Positions 1-13,358 of a stretch of DNA of 64,000 nt are shown here, piece by piece. Source of the stretch: Eledone cirrhosa (taxonomy: Eukaryota); the NCBI GenBank assembly GCA_964016885.1, contig OZ024764.1, positions 14,198,001-14,262,000 of the forward strand, given 5' to 3'. The first letter of the stretch is position 1. Every line of letters begins with the position of its first letter. The notes beneath the pieces are model-generated. The model ran no database searches, was not told where the DNA came from, and saw only the letters and a list, made by a program, of their open reading frames with translations. A program made the position numbers and the translations under genes.

Positions 1-477
1 TATATATATATATATATGTGTGTAGAAGTGTGTAAATATGTATAAATGTGTGTATATATAGATATTATATGTGTGTGAGTATATATATATATACATATAT
101 ATATTATATATATTATATATATGCATGGGTGTACATGAGTATAAGTATGTGTACAAATTTGAGAATGTATACGTACATATGTGCATATATATGTACATGT
201 ATATATGTGTATGTGTATACAATTATTTTAATACAGATTGTTTCTCATATGTATGTATATACATGTGTGTATGTATGTATGTATGTATGTATATTTGAGC
301 ATTTATAGATGTGTGTGTATATAGAAGTCTTTTAATATGCTATGTGTGTATATATGTATATATGTGTGTATATATGTATGTGTCTGTTTGTCCCGGGGGG
401 GGTAACCACAATAAGTAAGGTACTGTATACATTAGTAGTGTGTAAACATCATGTATAATATATATATATGTATATAT

Positions 478-3400
478 GGAGGCACATGGCTTAGTGGTTA
501 GAGCATTGGGCTTGCAATCGAAAGGTTGTGAGTTCAATTCTCAGACCGGGTGATGTGTTGTTTCCTTGAGCAAGACTTTATTTCACATTGCTCCAGTTTC
601 CTCAGCTGTAGAAATGAGATGATAGGGACTGGCGTCCCTATCATTCCACTGTAAAGTGGACGTGGAGAGGTCATGGCAAAAAAGCACCCAGCACTCACTG
701 TAAAGTGGTCATGTAGGTGTCACAGTAAAAAAGCACCCACCACTCACTGTAAAGTGGTCATGTAGGTGTCACAGTAAAAAAGCACCCAGCACTCACTGTA
801 AAGTGGTCATGTAGGTGTCACAGCAAAAAAGCACCCACCACTCACTGTAAAGTGGTCATGTAGGTGTCACAGTAAAAAAGCACCCAGCACTCACTGTAAA
901 GTGGTCATGTAGGTGCCACAGTAAAAAAGCACCCAGCGCTCACTGTAAAGTGGTCATGTAGGTGCCACAGTAAAAAAGCACCCAGCACTCACTGTAAAGT
1001 GGTCATTTAGGTGCCACAGTAAAAAAGCACCCAGCGCTCACTGTAAAGTGGTCATGTAGGTGCCACAGTAAAAAAGCACCCAGCACTCACTGTAAAGTGG
1101 TCATGTAGGTGCCACAGTAAAAAAGCACCCAGCGCTCACTGTAAAGTGGTCATGTAGGTGCCACAGTAAAAAAGCACCCAGCACTCACTGTAAAGTGGTC
1201 ATGGAGGTGCCACAGTAAAAAAGCACCCAGCACTCACTGTAAAGTGGTCATATAGGTGCCACAGTAAAAAAGCACCCAGCACTCACTGTAAAGTGGTCAT
1301 GTAGGTGCCACAGTAAAAAAGCACCCAGCACTCACTGTAAAGTGGTCATGTAGGTGCCACAGTAAAAAAGCACCCAGCACTCACTGTAAAGTGGTCATGT
1401 AGGTGTCACAGTAAAAAAGCACCCAGCACTCACTGTGAAGTGGTCATGTAGGTGCCACGGTAAAAAAGCACCCAGCACTCACTGTAAAGTGGTCATGTAG
1501 GTGCCACAGTAAAAAAGCACCCAGCACTCACTGTAAAGTGGTCATGTAGGTGCCACAGTAAAAAAACACCCAGCACTCACTGTAAAGTGGTCATGTAGGT
1601 GCCACAGTAAAAAAGCACCCAGCACTCACTGTGAAGTGGTCATGTAGGTGCCACAGTAAAAAAGCACCCAGCACTCACTGTAAAGTGGTCATGTAGGTGC
1701 CACAGTAAAAAAGCACCCAGCACTCACTGTAAAATGGTCATGTAGGTTCCACAGTAAAAAAGCACCCACCACTCACTGTAAAGTGGTCATGTAGGTGCCA
1801 CAGTAAAAAAGCACCCAGCGCTCACTGTAAAGTGGTCATGTAGGTGCCACAGTAAAAAAGCACCCAGCGCTCACTGTGAAGTGGTCATATAGGTGCCACA
1901 GTAAAAAAGCACCCAGCACTCACTGTAAAGTGGTCATGTAGGTGCCACAGTAAAAAAGCACCCAGCACTCACTGTAAAGTGGTCATGTAGGTGCCACAGT
2001 AAAAAAGCACCCAGCACTCACTGTAAAGTGGTCATATAGGTGCCACAGTAAAAAAGCACCCAGCACTCACTGTAAAGTGGTCATGTAGGTGCCACAGTAA
2101 AAAAGCACCCAGCACTCACTGTAAAGTGGTCATGTAGGTGCCACAGTAAAAAAGCACCCAGCACTCACTGTAAAGTGGTCATATAGGTGCCACAGTAAAA
2201 AAGCACCCAGCACTCACTGTAAAGTGGTCATGTAGGTGCCACAGTAAAAAAGCACCCAGCACTCACTGTAAAGTGGTCATGTAGGTGCCACAGTAAAAAA
2301 GCACCCAGCACTCACTGTAAAGTGGTCATATAGGTGCCACAGTAAAAAAGCACCCAGCACTCACTGTAAAGTGGTCATATAGGTGCCACAGTAAAAAAGC
2401 ACCCAGCACTCACTGTAAAGTGGTCATATAGGTGCCACAGTAAAAAAGCACCCAGCACTCACTGTAAAGTGGTCATGTAGGTGCCACAGTAAAAAAGCAC
2501 CCAGCACTCACTGTAAAATGGTCATGTAGGTGCCACAGTAAAAAAGCACCCAGCACTCACTGTAAAGTGGTCATGTAGGTGCCACAGTAAAAAAGCACCC
2601 AGCACTCACTGTAAAGTGGTCATATAGGTGCCACAGTAAAAAAGCACCCAGCACTCACTGTAAAGTGGTCATGTAGGTGCCACAGTAAAAAAGCACCCAG
2701 CACTCACTGTGAAGTGGTCATGTAGGTGCCACAGTAAAAAAGCACCCAGCGCTCACTGTAAAGTGGTCATGTAGGTGCCACAGTAAAAAAGCACCCAGCG
2801 CTCACTGTGAAGTGGTCATATAGGTGCCACAGTAAAAAAGCACCCAGCACTCACTGTAAAATGGTCATGTAGGTGCCACAGTAAAAAAGCACCCAGCACT
2901 CACTGTAAAGTGGTCATGTAGGTGCCACAGTAAAAAAGCACCCAGCACTCACTGTGAAGTGGTCATGTAGGTGCCACAGTAAAAAAGCACCCAGCACTCA
3001 CTGTAAAGTGGTCATGTAGGTGCCACAGTAAAAAAGCACCCAGCACTCACTGTAAAGTGGTCATGTAGGTGCCACAGTAAAAAAGCACCCACCACTCACT
3101 GTAAAGTGGTCATGTAGGTGCCACAGTAAAAAAGCACCCAGCACTCACTGTAAAATGGTCATGTAGGTGCCACAGTAAAAAAGCACCCAGCACTCACTGT
3201 AAAGTGGTCATGTAGGTGCCACAGTAAAAAAGCACCCAGCACTCACTGTAAAGTGGTCATGTAGGTGCCACAGTAAAAAAGCACCCAGTGCTCACTGTAA
3301 AGTGGTCATGTAGGTGCCACAGTAAAAAAGCACCCACCACTCACTGTAAAGTGATCATATAGGTGCCACAGTAAAAAAGCACCCAGCACTCACTGTAAAG

Positions 3401-3613
3401 TGGTCATGTAGGTGCCACAGTAAAAAAGCACCCAGCACTCACTGTAAAGTGGTCATGTAGGTGCCACAGTAAAAAAGCACCCAGCACTCACTGTAAATGA
3501 GATTGGTGTTAGGAAGGGCATCCAGCTGTAGAAATCAAGCCAGAATCAGTTCCCGTCCCACCCTTGCAAGCAGGGAAAAGCGGACGTAAAATGAAATGAT
3601 GATTATGATGATG
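478..3613 (+). mobile_element. tRNA-headed CORE-type SINE (family A) with a large internal 49-bp minisatellite expansion
   Basis: A-box TGGCTTAGTGG and B-box GAGTTCAATTC; CORE-like segment CCTTGAGCAAG..CCAGTTTCCTCAGCTGTAGAAATGAG; 3' tail CCCTTGCAAGCAGGGAAAAGCGGACGTAAAATG(ATG)n; matches the short copies at 6313 and 47330. Confidence 0.9.
647..3497 (+). repeat. 49-bp minisatellite, ~58 units
   Basis: Unit CACTGTAAAGTGGTCATGTAGGTGCCACAGTAAAAAAGCACCCAGCACT; CACTGTAAA at 647 and 3489, a span of 58 x 49. Confidence 0.95.
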
Positions 3614-3665
3614 AAATACACACAGAAATAACTAACAAATTGAATATCATTATTAATAGTTGAAA

Positions 3666-3851
3666 GGGCGGTGGATTGGCAGTATCGGTAGAGGGTCGGA
3701 CGCCATGCTTTCCAGCATAGTTACGCTCCTTTACGATCTGAGTTCAAATCCCGCCGAGGTTGACTTTGCCTTTCATCCTTACGGAGGTCGATAAAATAAA
3801 GTACCAGTAATGCACTGGGTAATTGCTGGTCTTGTGCCAAAAGTAGAAACA
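3666..3851 (+). mobile_element. tRNA-related SINE (family E), full length, 17-bp TSD
   Basis: TSD ATTATTAATAGTTGAAA at 3649-3665 and 3852-3868; B-box GAGTTCAAATC; central GACTTTGCCTTTCATCCTTACGGAGGTCGATAAAATAAAGTACCAG; near identical to 45184-45369. Confidence 0.9.
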
Positions 3852-4099
3852 ATTATTAATAGTTGAAAAACACATATATACATATATATATACTTATATA
3901 TATATATATATATAGCGTGGAACTAATAAAACTGTGTTTGTCTTATCTCTTCGAAGTGTGTGTGTATGTATGTATATATGTGTGTGTATGTATATGTATG
4001 TATGTATATATGTATGTATGTATGTATGTGTATGTATGTATGTATGTATGTATGTATGTATGTATGTATGTGTGTGTATATGTATGTATGTATGTATAT

Positions 4100-4144
<45 letters not shown>

Positions 4145-4457
4145 TGTGTGAGACAATACACCACCAGATTGACACCACCACCAACAACCCTACAACCACC
4201 ATCCCTGACACCAACACCACCACCACCAACACCAACACCAACAACACCAACACCAGTTATCAGGATTACAAAATTTTCAAAATCTCCACACCATTCAACC
4301 ATCTGTCAATATGGCTGCCTGATGAAACCAGTCTGTCTATTTGACTGTCTGTCTGTGTGTCCTTCATGTCCATCTGTCAAGAGAAAAGCAGGGATCAGTG
4401 GCCAAACCCCTTGTCTATCTGTCTGTCTCCCTATTTGCAGTCGTTATTCACATCAGA

Positions 4458-4540
4458 CCGCGAGTTCAAATCCCACAGGTCAACTTTGTCTTTCATATTT
4501 TGGAGGTCGATTATAAAAAGTACCAGTAACACACTGGTGT
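4458..4540 (+). mobile_element. degenerate SINE family E fragment
   Basis: GAGTTCAAATCCCACAGGTCAACTTTGTCTTTCAT..GGTCGATTATAAAAAGTACCAG. Confidence 0.65.
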
Positions 4541-4567
4541 TGATTCTTACTATACATCTCTTTCTCA

Positions 4568-4602
<35 letters not shown>

Positions 4603-4668
4603 TATATGTGTGAGTGAGTGAGTGAGTGAGTGAGTGAGTGAGTGAGTGAGTGAGTGAGTGTGTGTGTA

Positions 4669-4719
<51 letters not shown>

Positions 4720-4781
4720 CCCTGCCTGCCAAGACTGGAATTGAACGATCAGCACAGTTGAGGTATGTCAGACATCAATTT

Positions 4782-4853
4782 ATATATTTTATCTGATGAG
4801 GACGTACTGAAAAAACACCATACTACCTCCGAAATATATATAATAAAACATAT
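4782..4853 (+). ncRNA. type I hammerhead ribozyme motif (PLE-type, family D)
   Basis: Stem I TTTTAT/ATAAAA; CTGATGA 4793-4799; stem II GGA..TCC; GAAA 4831-4834; palindromic stem III TATATA; UH = TA. Confidence 0.75.
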
Positions 4854-4904
4854 ATTTTGATTATGTGAATGTCTTCATTTATTAATATTTTGAATATATA
4901 TATC

Positions 4905-4948
<44 letters not shown>

Positions 4949-4951
<3 letters not shown>

Positions 4952-5261
4952 CCCTGCTTGCAAGGGTGGGATGGGAACTGATTCTGGCTTGATTTCTACA
5001 GCTGGATGCCCTCCTTCCTAACACCAACCTCATTTACAGTGAGTGCTGGGTGCTTTTTTGCCGTGGCACCTCCACGACCACTTTACAGTGGAATGATAGG
5101 GACCCCAGTCCCTATCATCTCATTTCTACAGCTGAGTAAACTGGAGCAATGTGAAATAAAGTGTCTTGCTCAAGGACACAACACATCACCCGGTCTGAGA
5201 ATTGAACTCACAACCTTTCGATTGCAAGGCCAATGCTCTAACCACTAAGCCATGTGCCTCC
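4949..5261 (-). mobile_element. SINE family A, one internal unit
   Basis: Reverse complement of the family A head, core and most of the tail. Confidence 0.9.
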
Positions 5262-5444
5262 ACATAGTTTAAAAATGAACAGAGAACAAAAAAACAGAGA
5301 GGCGGTACAAATGATATGGTTCTTAGTTTCACGCTTGAGAGTGGGGTATATATGTATATATGTGTGTATATATGTGTGTATATATGTATATATGTGTGTA
5401 TATATGTATATATGTGTGTATATATGTATATTTTTTTCATTAAA

Positions 5445-5670
5445 TTGATGTGCCCTGAGTGGGGAAAGATTTGCTTGAGCAAATCTGGTCTCAGGAGCCA
5501 CAGTCGCAGCCATGTTAAGAGAGAACCAGTGAACTATGATCTCCACGGTATTGTGAAGGTTCACAGGCAACCTGATGCAAGACCTGGGGCCAGGGAGATC
5601 CATGGTTGTCGTCAGTGTGTGGAGGAGTGCAAGTCTCTAGCAGGCTTGAAAGCCATATCCGAGCATCATC
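5445..5670 (+). mobile_element. decayed LINE C-terminus with two C2H2-like zinc knuckles (RTE-like)
   Basis: Translation CPEWGKICLSKSGLRSHSRSH and CRQCVEECKSLAGLK (then apparent frameshift) resembles the CxxCxxxxxSxxGLxSHxRxH motif at the end of RTE ORFs. Confidence 0.5.
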
Positions 5671-5984
5671 TGAATCCAACAAGCGATTCCAATACTCTTA
5701 GCAGAGTTTGCAGCCACCATATTTTTTCATATTTCCCACTCTACCACTCCAAGTATCGAGTACTCTGGTGAGTAATGGTCTAACTGGTTTTTCCCCACCT
5801 CCAATCTGATATGGTGTCCTTATGACTCCAACAGAGGTTAACGGGCCTATCACATCACATACCCTTTTGATAAAAAAAAGGGATAAAGATCCCATAGCTC
5901 CTTTGTGGAGTTGTAGAGGCACTATCATATGGTGTGTCTAGGGCACTTTTAAACCTGGCTGAGCCAAACCCTCTCCAGATCTGA

Positions 5985-6062
5985 ACATAAAGTGTCTTGC
6001 TCAAGGACATAACGCATTGCTCGGTCCAGGAATCAAACTCACAACCTCAAGATTGTGAATCC
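5985..6062 (-). mobile_element. SINE head/CORE fragment
   Basis: ATAAAGTGTCTTGCTCAAGGACATAACGC..GGAATCAAACTCACAACC, matches 17857-17930. Confidence 0.65.
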
Positions 6063-6312
6063 ATCATGGAATCATGTATCAACTAAGCACCCTTGCTATA
6101 TTGACACATTTTGATCTGCTGCACCTCAAGAACTATGCCTGTAAATAACATTATTTTTTCTTTCACATTGACTTTTTATGCTCCTCTTCCTCATGATACT
6201 CCTTTTTTTCTTTTCTCTTTTCACTTCATAAACCTTGTTTGTAAATAGCATTATTCTTTCTGCACCATTTCTTTAACATGTCCAACACACACACACAAAC
6301 AAACAAACATAT

Positions 6313-6653
6313 GGAGGCACATGGCTTAGTGGTTAGAGCATTGGCCTTGCAATCGAAAGGTTGTGAGTTCAATTCTCAGACCGGGTGATGTGTTGTTTCC
6401 TAGAGCGAGACACTTTATTTCACATTGCTCCAGTTTACTCAGCTGTAGAAATGAGATGATAGGACTGGGGGTCCATATCATTCCACTGCAAAGTGGTTGT
6501 GGAGGTGCCACGGCAAAAAAGCACCCAGCACTCACTGTAAATGAGGTTGGTGTTAGGAAGGGCATCCAGCTGTAGAAATTAAGCCAGAATCAGTTCCCGT
6601 CCCACCCTTGCAAGCAGGGAAAAGCGGATGTAAAATGAAAATGAATGAAATGA
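6313..6653 (+). mobile_element. SINE family A, full length, one internal unit
   Basis: A/B boxes, CORE-like segment, RTE-like tail. Confidence 0.9.
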
Positions 6654-6911
6654 ACACCACCATTCTACACCAATACATGTCACTATCATTTGATAATGCA
6701 TAAAAATGCTGAAACCGGTAATAGACAATTATTAAATATATAAATTGATAAATAAATGCCATTGTTAATTAATAAATAAATCAACTAATACCTCAACACT
6801 TCACACAAAGTAAAACATTTCATTTTAATCATTTTCTAACCCAGAAAAAAGAGAGAGAAATAAAAATGAAAAAAATATATTTTTCTTCCTAATAATCGTC
6901 TCTTTCTCCCT

Positions 6912-6942
<31 letters not shown>

Positions 6943-6945
<3 letters not shown>

Positions 6946-7132
6946 CGAAGGAAATGTGGTAAGGAACCAGGTGGACCATAACGCACCAAAGTACTCAATA
7001 CTTGAGGTAGTAGAGTGGGTAATAGGAACCAGTAAGACCCCGACAGCTGAGCTCAAGCCGTTTCGACGGCTAATTCAGTACAGAATTAGCCGTCGAAACG
7101 GCTTCAGCTCAGCTGTCGGGGTCTTACTGGTT

Positions 7133-7137
<5 letters not shown>
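6943..7137. mobile_element. short (TA)n-inserted hairpin-plus-tail element (family B, PLE-like)
   Basis: ~55-bp inverted arms 7023-7077 / 7083-7137 plus ~80-bp unpaired tail; (TA)n on both sides; homologous to 8463, 17211, 17993, 26343, 27849, 28094, 28391. Confidence 0.7.
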
Positions 7138-7163
<26 letters not shown>

Positions 7164-7166
<3 letters not shown>

Positions 7167-7329
7167 GGAGATGAGTTTTATTGTAGTACAATAAAGCAAT
7201 GCAGATATCGGATAAGAAGCACTCTACAGTTTGTAGGACTGGAGTATACATAATATATAAGATCAAAAGATGGTTAAATGAGTTCCATGTATTTTATTAT
7301 GCGCATTTCAAAAACAAATATCATCATGT
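7164..7329 (-). mobile_element. PLE-like 3' end with half hammerhead (same family as 58484-58677)
   Basis: Shares GAGTTCCATGTATTTTATTATGCGCATTTCAAAAACAAATATCATCATG with 58511-58559; the tail matches inverted 58625-58675. Confidence 0.7.
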
Positions 7330-7437
7330 CGACTCCCCGTAAGTATTGAGGAGAAAGTTATCCTCGGCGAAATTTGAACTCAGAACGTAAAAGGACGTAA
7401 CTCAATGCCACAAAGCATGTTGTCCGACGCTCTACTG
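7330..7437 (-). mobile_element. SINE family E 5' fragment, diverged
   Basis: CCTCGGCGAAATTTGAACTCAGAACGTAAAAGGACGTAAC..TCCGACGCTCTAC. Confidence 0.65.
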
Positions 7438-7558
7438 ATTACTGAGGTCAACGCCCTGATTAGTTGCCTAGTAACAACCAAAGTGATACTGAACTGGTGC
7501 ATATGTTTTTATTGGCAGATGAACCTTCACTATATATATATATATATATACATATGTG

Positions 7559-7592
<34 letters not shown>

Positions 7593-7612
7593 TACATATG
7601 TGTATATATATA

Positions 7613-7672
<60 letters not shown>

Positions 7673-7680
7673 CATATGTG

Positions 7681-7714
<34 letters not shown>

Positions 7715-8462
7715 TATACATATGTGTATATATATATACATATATGTGTATATATATATACATATATGTGTATATATATATACATATATATGTGTATATA
7801 TATGTGTATATATATATATACACACATATATACACAGATATATATATATATACATATGCACACATATATATATATACATACATACATATATGTGTATATA
7901 TATATACATATATATGTGTATATATATGTGTATATATATATATACACACATATATACACAGATATATATATATATACATATGCACACATATATATATATA
8001 CATACATATGCACACATATATATATATACATACATATGCACACATATATATATATACATACATATGCACACATATATATATATACATACGCACACATATA
8101 TATATATACATACGCACACATATATATATATACATACGCACACATATATATACATATACACACATATACATACATATACACACATATACATACATACACA
8201 CATATACATACATACACACATACATATATATACATATACACATTATATACATATGCACACATATATATACATATGCACACATATATATACATACGCAAAC
8301 ATATACATACATATACACACATATACATACATATACACACATATACATACATATACACCCTTGCATCCAGGGAAAAGCCGACGTAAAATGATGATATATA
8401 TATATATATGTCTTCTATGTGAATTTGTGGTCTTGATTTGCTTAACTACTGAATATATATAT

Positions 8463-8560
8463 AGGAGGACTCTTTTCGTATTCCCTACTCTACTACCCTA
8501 AGTATTGAGTACTCTGGTGCGTTATGGTCCACCTGGTTCCTTACCACACTTCCTTCGTTA
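8463..8560. mobile_element. family B fragment
   Basis: ACTCTACTACCCTAAGTATTGAGTACTCTGGTGCGTTATGGTCCACCTGGTTCCTTACCAC followed by (TA)n. Confidence 0.75.
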
Positions 8561-8606
<46 letters not shown>

Positions 8607-8681
8607 TTGGAAATGAACGATCTAAACACAGGAGTCAATTATACACAACTATATTAGGTTCATGCTTGGTGGAAGTGGAGG

Positions 8682-8717
8682 TTTCAACGTTTCGAACATA
8701 AGTCCTTCATCTTGAAA
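8682..8717 (-). ncRNA. degenerate minimal hammerhead motif
   Basis: Minus strand TTTC-AAGATGA-A-GGAC TTAT GTTC-GAAA-CG-TT-GAAA; two mismatches in CTGATGA. Confidence 0.45.
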
Positions 8718-8821
8718 GTTCGCTTAGAGGGAGAACAGGAACGCCAAGGAATAAGGAGGGAAGTTACAAAGTAAAAAATAAAATATAATGATAAAAAAAA
8801 AAAAAAGGATCTGTTCATATT

Positions 8822-8963
8822 GTTTCTACTTTAGGCACAAGGCCAGCAATTACCAGTGCATTACTGGTACTTTATTTTATCGACCCCGTAAGGATGAAAG
8901 GCAAAGTCAACCTCGGCGGGATTTGAACTCAGATGGTAAAGGGACGTAACTATGCTGGAAAGC
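8822..8963 (-). mobile_element. SINE family E, 5'-truncated, 18-bp TSD
   Basis: TSD AAAGGATCTGTTCATATT at 8804-8821 and 8964-8981. Confidence 0.9.
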
Positions 8964-9387
8964 AAAGGATCTGTTCATATTACACGATGGGCGTGTGTGC
9001 ATATATATATATATATACGTATATATATCTATATATCTGTTTGTGTATTCCTCTTAACATAACAATTTCTGGCAATTATCTCCCCTTGTCTTTGAGCGTT
9101 GTTAATTACGAAACACACACATATATATATATGTGTGTGTGTGTGTGTATAAATATAGAGAGAGATAGATGTATATATACACTTATATATATATCATGAC
9201 GCTACAATCTTGAACACAATTCGCTTGGCTTATCTCTCTGTGTACGTGTGTGTACGTGTGTGTACGTGTGTGTACGTGTGTGTGTGTGTACGTGTGTACG
9301 TATGTACGTATGTACATATGTACGTATGTACGTATGTACGTATGTACGTATGTATGCATGTATGTATGCATACAAACACACAGCTTC

Positions 9388-9466
9388 CTGATGAGCTTTT
9401 GATTCCAGAGTTGGCCCCGATCGATAAAGATCGAACCTTCGGCTGATCAATCGCGAAACGCGCGTC
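9388..9466 (+). ncRNA. hammerhead core with long stem II, stem I not pairing
   Basis: CTGATGA-GC..TTGAT..CAG..CTG..ATCAA..GC-GAAA-CGCGCG-TC, then AATAAA; related to 45090-45120. Confidence 0.55.
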
Positions 9467-9716
9467 ACACCTGAATAAATGTAATGAAATTTTTGACACC
9501 TCGTCTATATATATATATACACATATATATATATAAAGTTTTTCCGTAGCAAAGGTAAAGAAAAAGAGAGTGCTCTATGTATGCTACAGAGCTTTGTAGT
9601 TATGTAATAAACAACATAAGACAATTATTCCATTTACCAAAGGTTTCACGAAGACAGACGAGCCTATAATATTATTCAAAATATTAACAAATGAAAAATA
9701 TTCTCATAATCAAAAT

Positions 9717-9785
9717 ATATATTTTATTATACATATTTCAAGGGTACAATGGTGTTTAAGTACGTTTTCATCAGATAAAATATAT
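9717..9785 (-). ncRNA. type I hammerhead ribozyme motif (family D)
   Basis: Minus strand ATATATTTTAT-CTGATGA-AAACGTAC..GTACCCTT-GAAA-TATGTA-TA-ATAAAATATAT; perfect 11-bp stem I. Confidence 0.75.
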
Positions 9786-10018
9786 GAGAGATTGGATATA
9801 CGACATACAGTTACGGTTTCGATTATTCAATTCCAATTGTGGCAGTGATTTATTTCACCAACCCTCAACGTTTTTATACCACAAATAATATTTTGAATAA
9901 TATTAACTACTCAAAAAAAATATATTGTCGAGTGCTTCTAATCTATTGTAAAATTGTATTCGTTGAATAATCAACGAACTATATAAACTTTGGTTATATA
10001 CATATATACACAAACACA

Positions 10019-10056
<38 letters not shown>

Positions 10057-10064
10057 ATGTAAAG

Positions 10065-10463
10065 TTATGTTGGTGCCACAACATCCAGGCCGAAACAAAT
10101 GAGATCGTGTAGGTGTCACGACAAAAAAACACACAGTCCACGCTGTAATGTGGCCGTGTAGGCAACACGGTAAAAACCTCCCAGTCCCACACTGTAAATG
10201 TGGTTGGTGTTTGGAAGGGCATCCAGCTGTAGAAAACCCGCCAGACAGTCCACGCTGTAATGTGGCCGTGTAGGCAACACGGTAAAAACCTCCCAGCCCC
10301 ACACTGTAAATGTGGTTGGTGTTTGGAAGGGCATCCAGCTGTAGAAAACCCGCCAGACAGTCCTACGCGAGCAAGACAACCACTCTTGCCTCAAGTGGGA
10401 AAACTCCCGTCCAAACCCATTCAAGCGTGGAAGATGGACGTTAAACGATTATGATGATGATGA

Positions 10464-10467
<4 letters not shown>
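10065..10467 (+). mobile_element. family A-related SINE 3' half with internal 122-bp tandem duplication and RTE-like tail
   Basis: ACAGTCCACGCTGTAATG..GAAGGGCATCCAGCTGTAGAAAACCCGCCAG twice; tail AAACCCATTCAAGCGTGGAAGATGGACGTTAAACG(ATG)n. Confidence 0.75.
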
Positions 10468-10502
<35 letters not shown>

Positions 10503-10540
10503 CAATCACAAACACAATACAATACACACAATTAAAATAT

Positions 10541-10709
10541 ATCATCATCATCACCGTTTTACGACCATTCTTCCACGCTAGCATGGGTTAGACAAGTTGT
10601 CCTGTTGTGAGGAAAGCCATGTCAGGTGACAACGCTTTGCTCATACAGAACTGATTCTGGCTTGATTTCTACAGCAGGATGCCCTTCCTAACACCAACCT
10701 CATTTACAG
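10541..10709 (-). mobile_element. SINE family A 3' part with the alternative (long) tail
   Basis: Matches the reverse complement of 38870-39040. Confidence 0.7.
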
Positions 10710-10861
10710 ATCAATGATATTAATAAATGGAAACTATATTTATAAAAGCATATTTATTCTATTATATATATTTATTATAGTTTAGATTTCAAGGGTACAA
10801 TTAAATATCCCTTTTGATTATATATATATACACACACATATATATATACACACACACACAC

Positions 10862-10933
<72 letters not shown>

Positions 10934-11672
10934 CATATCTACATATCTACACATATATACATATCTACACACATATATATATATACATATATACACACAT
11001 ATATATATATACATATATATATATACATATATACACATATATATATACACACATACACACATATATATATACACACATATATATATACATATATGATGGC
11101 TGCCCCCTCGTTATCGAGTATGGCAAATATATACATATATACACATACATATATATACACAAATATATACTTATATACACACATATATATACTTATATAC
11201 ACACATATATATACATATATACACACATATATATACATATATACACATATATATACATATATATACACATATATATATAGATATATACACATATATATAC
11301 ATATATATACACATATATATACATATATATACACATATATATACATATATATACACATATATATACACATATATATACACATATATATATACATATATAT
11401 ATACATATATATACACATATATATATACATATATATACACATATATATACACATATATATATACATATATATACACATATATATATATACATATACATAT
11501 ACACATATATATATATACATATACATATACATATATATATACATATACACATACACGTATATACATATATATACACATATACACATACACATATATACAT
11601 ATATATACACATATATACACATATATATATATACACATATATATATATATACATATATACACATATGCATAC

Positions 11673-11729
<57 letters not shown>

Positions 11730-12039
11730 CACACACACATATATATATAATATATATACATATATATATATATATACACATATATATATATGTATATATA
11801 TATATATACACACACACACACAATATATATATATAATATATATACATATATACACATATATATATATAACCAGTCTAGACCAGTCACACCATCACAATCC
11901 ACTTCCTACATATAAGAAAAGTAGAGAGTAGATCTAACTACTAGGAGTCTCTGCCCTACGGTGGAGCTCCTGCCTTTTAGAAACGGCAGAAGTCTAACAG
12001 CGGGGCAGGGAACCCCTATAATAATAATAATAATAATAA

Positions 12040-12930
12040 TTTCTTTATTGGCCACAAGGGCCGACATATAGGGGTCAATACAATTAATAATTGTTTCTAC
12101 TTTTTGGCACAAGGCCAGCAATTACCCCAGTGCATTACTGGTACTTTATTTTATCGACCCTATAATAATTGTGTCTACTTTAGGCACAAGGCCAGCAATT
12201 ACCCCAGTACATTACTGGTACTTTATTTTATAGACCCCCGTAAGGATGAAACGTAAAGCTCACCTCGGCATCATTTGAACTCAGAACGTAAAGGGCCATA
12301 ACTCTCTGCTGCAAAGCACGGTGTCTGACCCTCTACCGATTCTACTGTCAATCCAAGGATGACAATGATTTCTAGTACAGGCACAAGGCCAGCAATTTTG
12401 AGGGTGAAGGAGTCGATTAAATCAATTTTAGTGTATTACTGGTACTTTTATTTTATCGAACCCCGTAAAGATGAAAGGCAAAAAAACTAACCTCGGCGGG
12501 ATTTGAAATCAGAACGTAAAGGGCCGCAACTCTATGCTGCAAAGCATGTCGTCCGACCCTCTACCGATTCCACTGCCAACCCACTACCATTTTCATTTAT
12601 TGGTCACAAGGGCCGACATGTAGAGGGCAATAAAAGACATGGACGCTGGGGGAAATAATAATTGTTTCTACTTTAGGCACAAGGCCAGCAAATTACCCCC
12701 AGTGTATTACTGGTACTTTATTTTATCGACCCCCCGTAAGGAGGATGAAAGGAAAAGTTAACCTCGGCGGGATTTGAACTCAAAATGACAAACAAGGACC
12801 GTAACACTATGCTGCAAAGCACGACGTCCGACCCTCTACCGATTCTACTGCCATTTTCATTTATTGGTCGACAAGGGCCGACATGGAGGGGGCAATAAAA
12901 GACACGGACGCCGGAGGAAATAATAATAAT
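12040..12930 (-). mobile_element. cluster of four SINE family E copies/fragments interleaved with a second 3'-end sequence
   Basis: SINE E at ~12085-12160, 12165-12352, 12365-12580, 12658-12852; TTTATTGGYCACAAGGGCCGACAT-like at 12044, 12596, 12860. Confidence 0.8.
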
Positions 12931-13120
12931 GATAATATATACACAAAAAATGTTAATATAATTGAATCTACTTACCGACAGGTCTACCAAATTTTAACAT
13001 ATTCCCTGTCATAATGAGTAGTTTATATATGTGTATATATGTGTGTATATATATTAATATATATATTTATTTCATTGAATTCTTAGAAACATTTGACGTT
13101 TGATATGAAGGTGTGTGTGC

Positions 13121-13177
<57 letters not shown>

Positions 13178-13308
13178 TTGTAATATTTTTACATAGATCT
13201 ATATGATATACATACCAACACACATATACATCTTAGAAACGATCGTAAAATGATGAATTTTTTAATATAAAGAACTTGTTCTTTGTTTTTATTTCATTGT
13301 TTTTATTA

Positions 13309-13358
<50 letters not shown>

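Noticed and set aside
478-550. tRNA gene calls for SINE heads
   Set aside because: A/B boxes present but continuous with SINE body in every copy; no convincing cloverleaf
647-3497. CRISPR-like regular arrays (also 52841-53194)
   Set aside because: No unique spacers, eukaryotic context, no cas genes
7405-8501. Long Y/I/H/T/C/V-rich ORFs here and throughout the window
   Set aside because: Translations of (TA)n/(CA)n/(TG)n tracts, open in several frames on both strands
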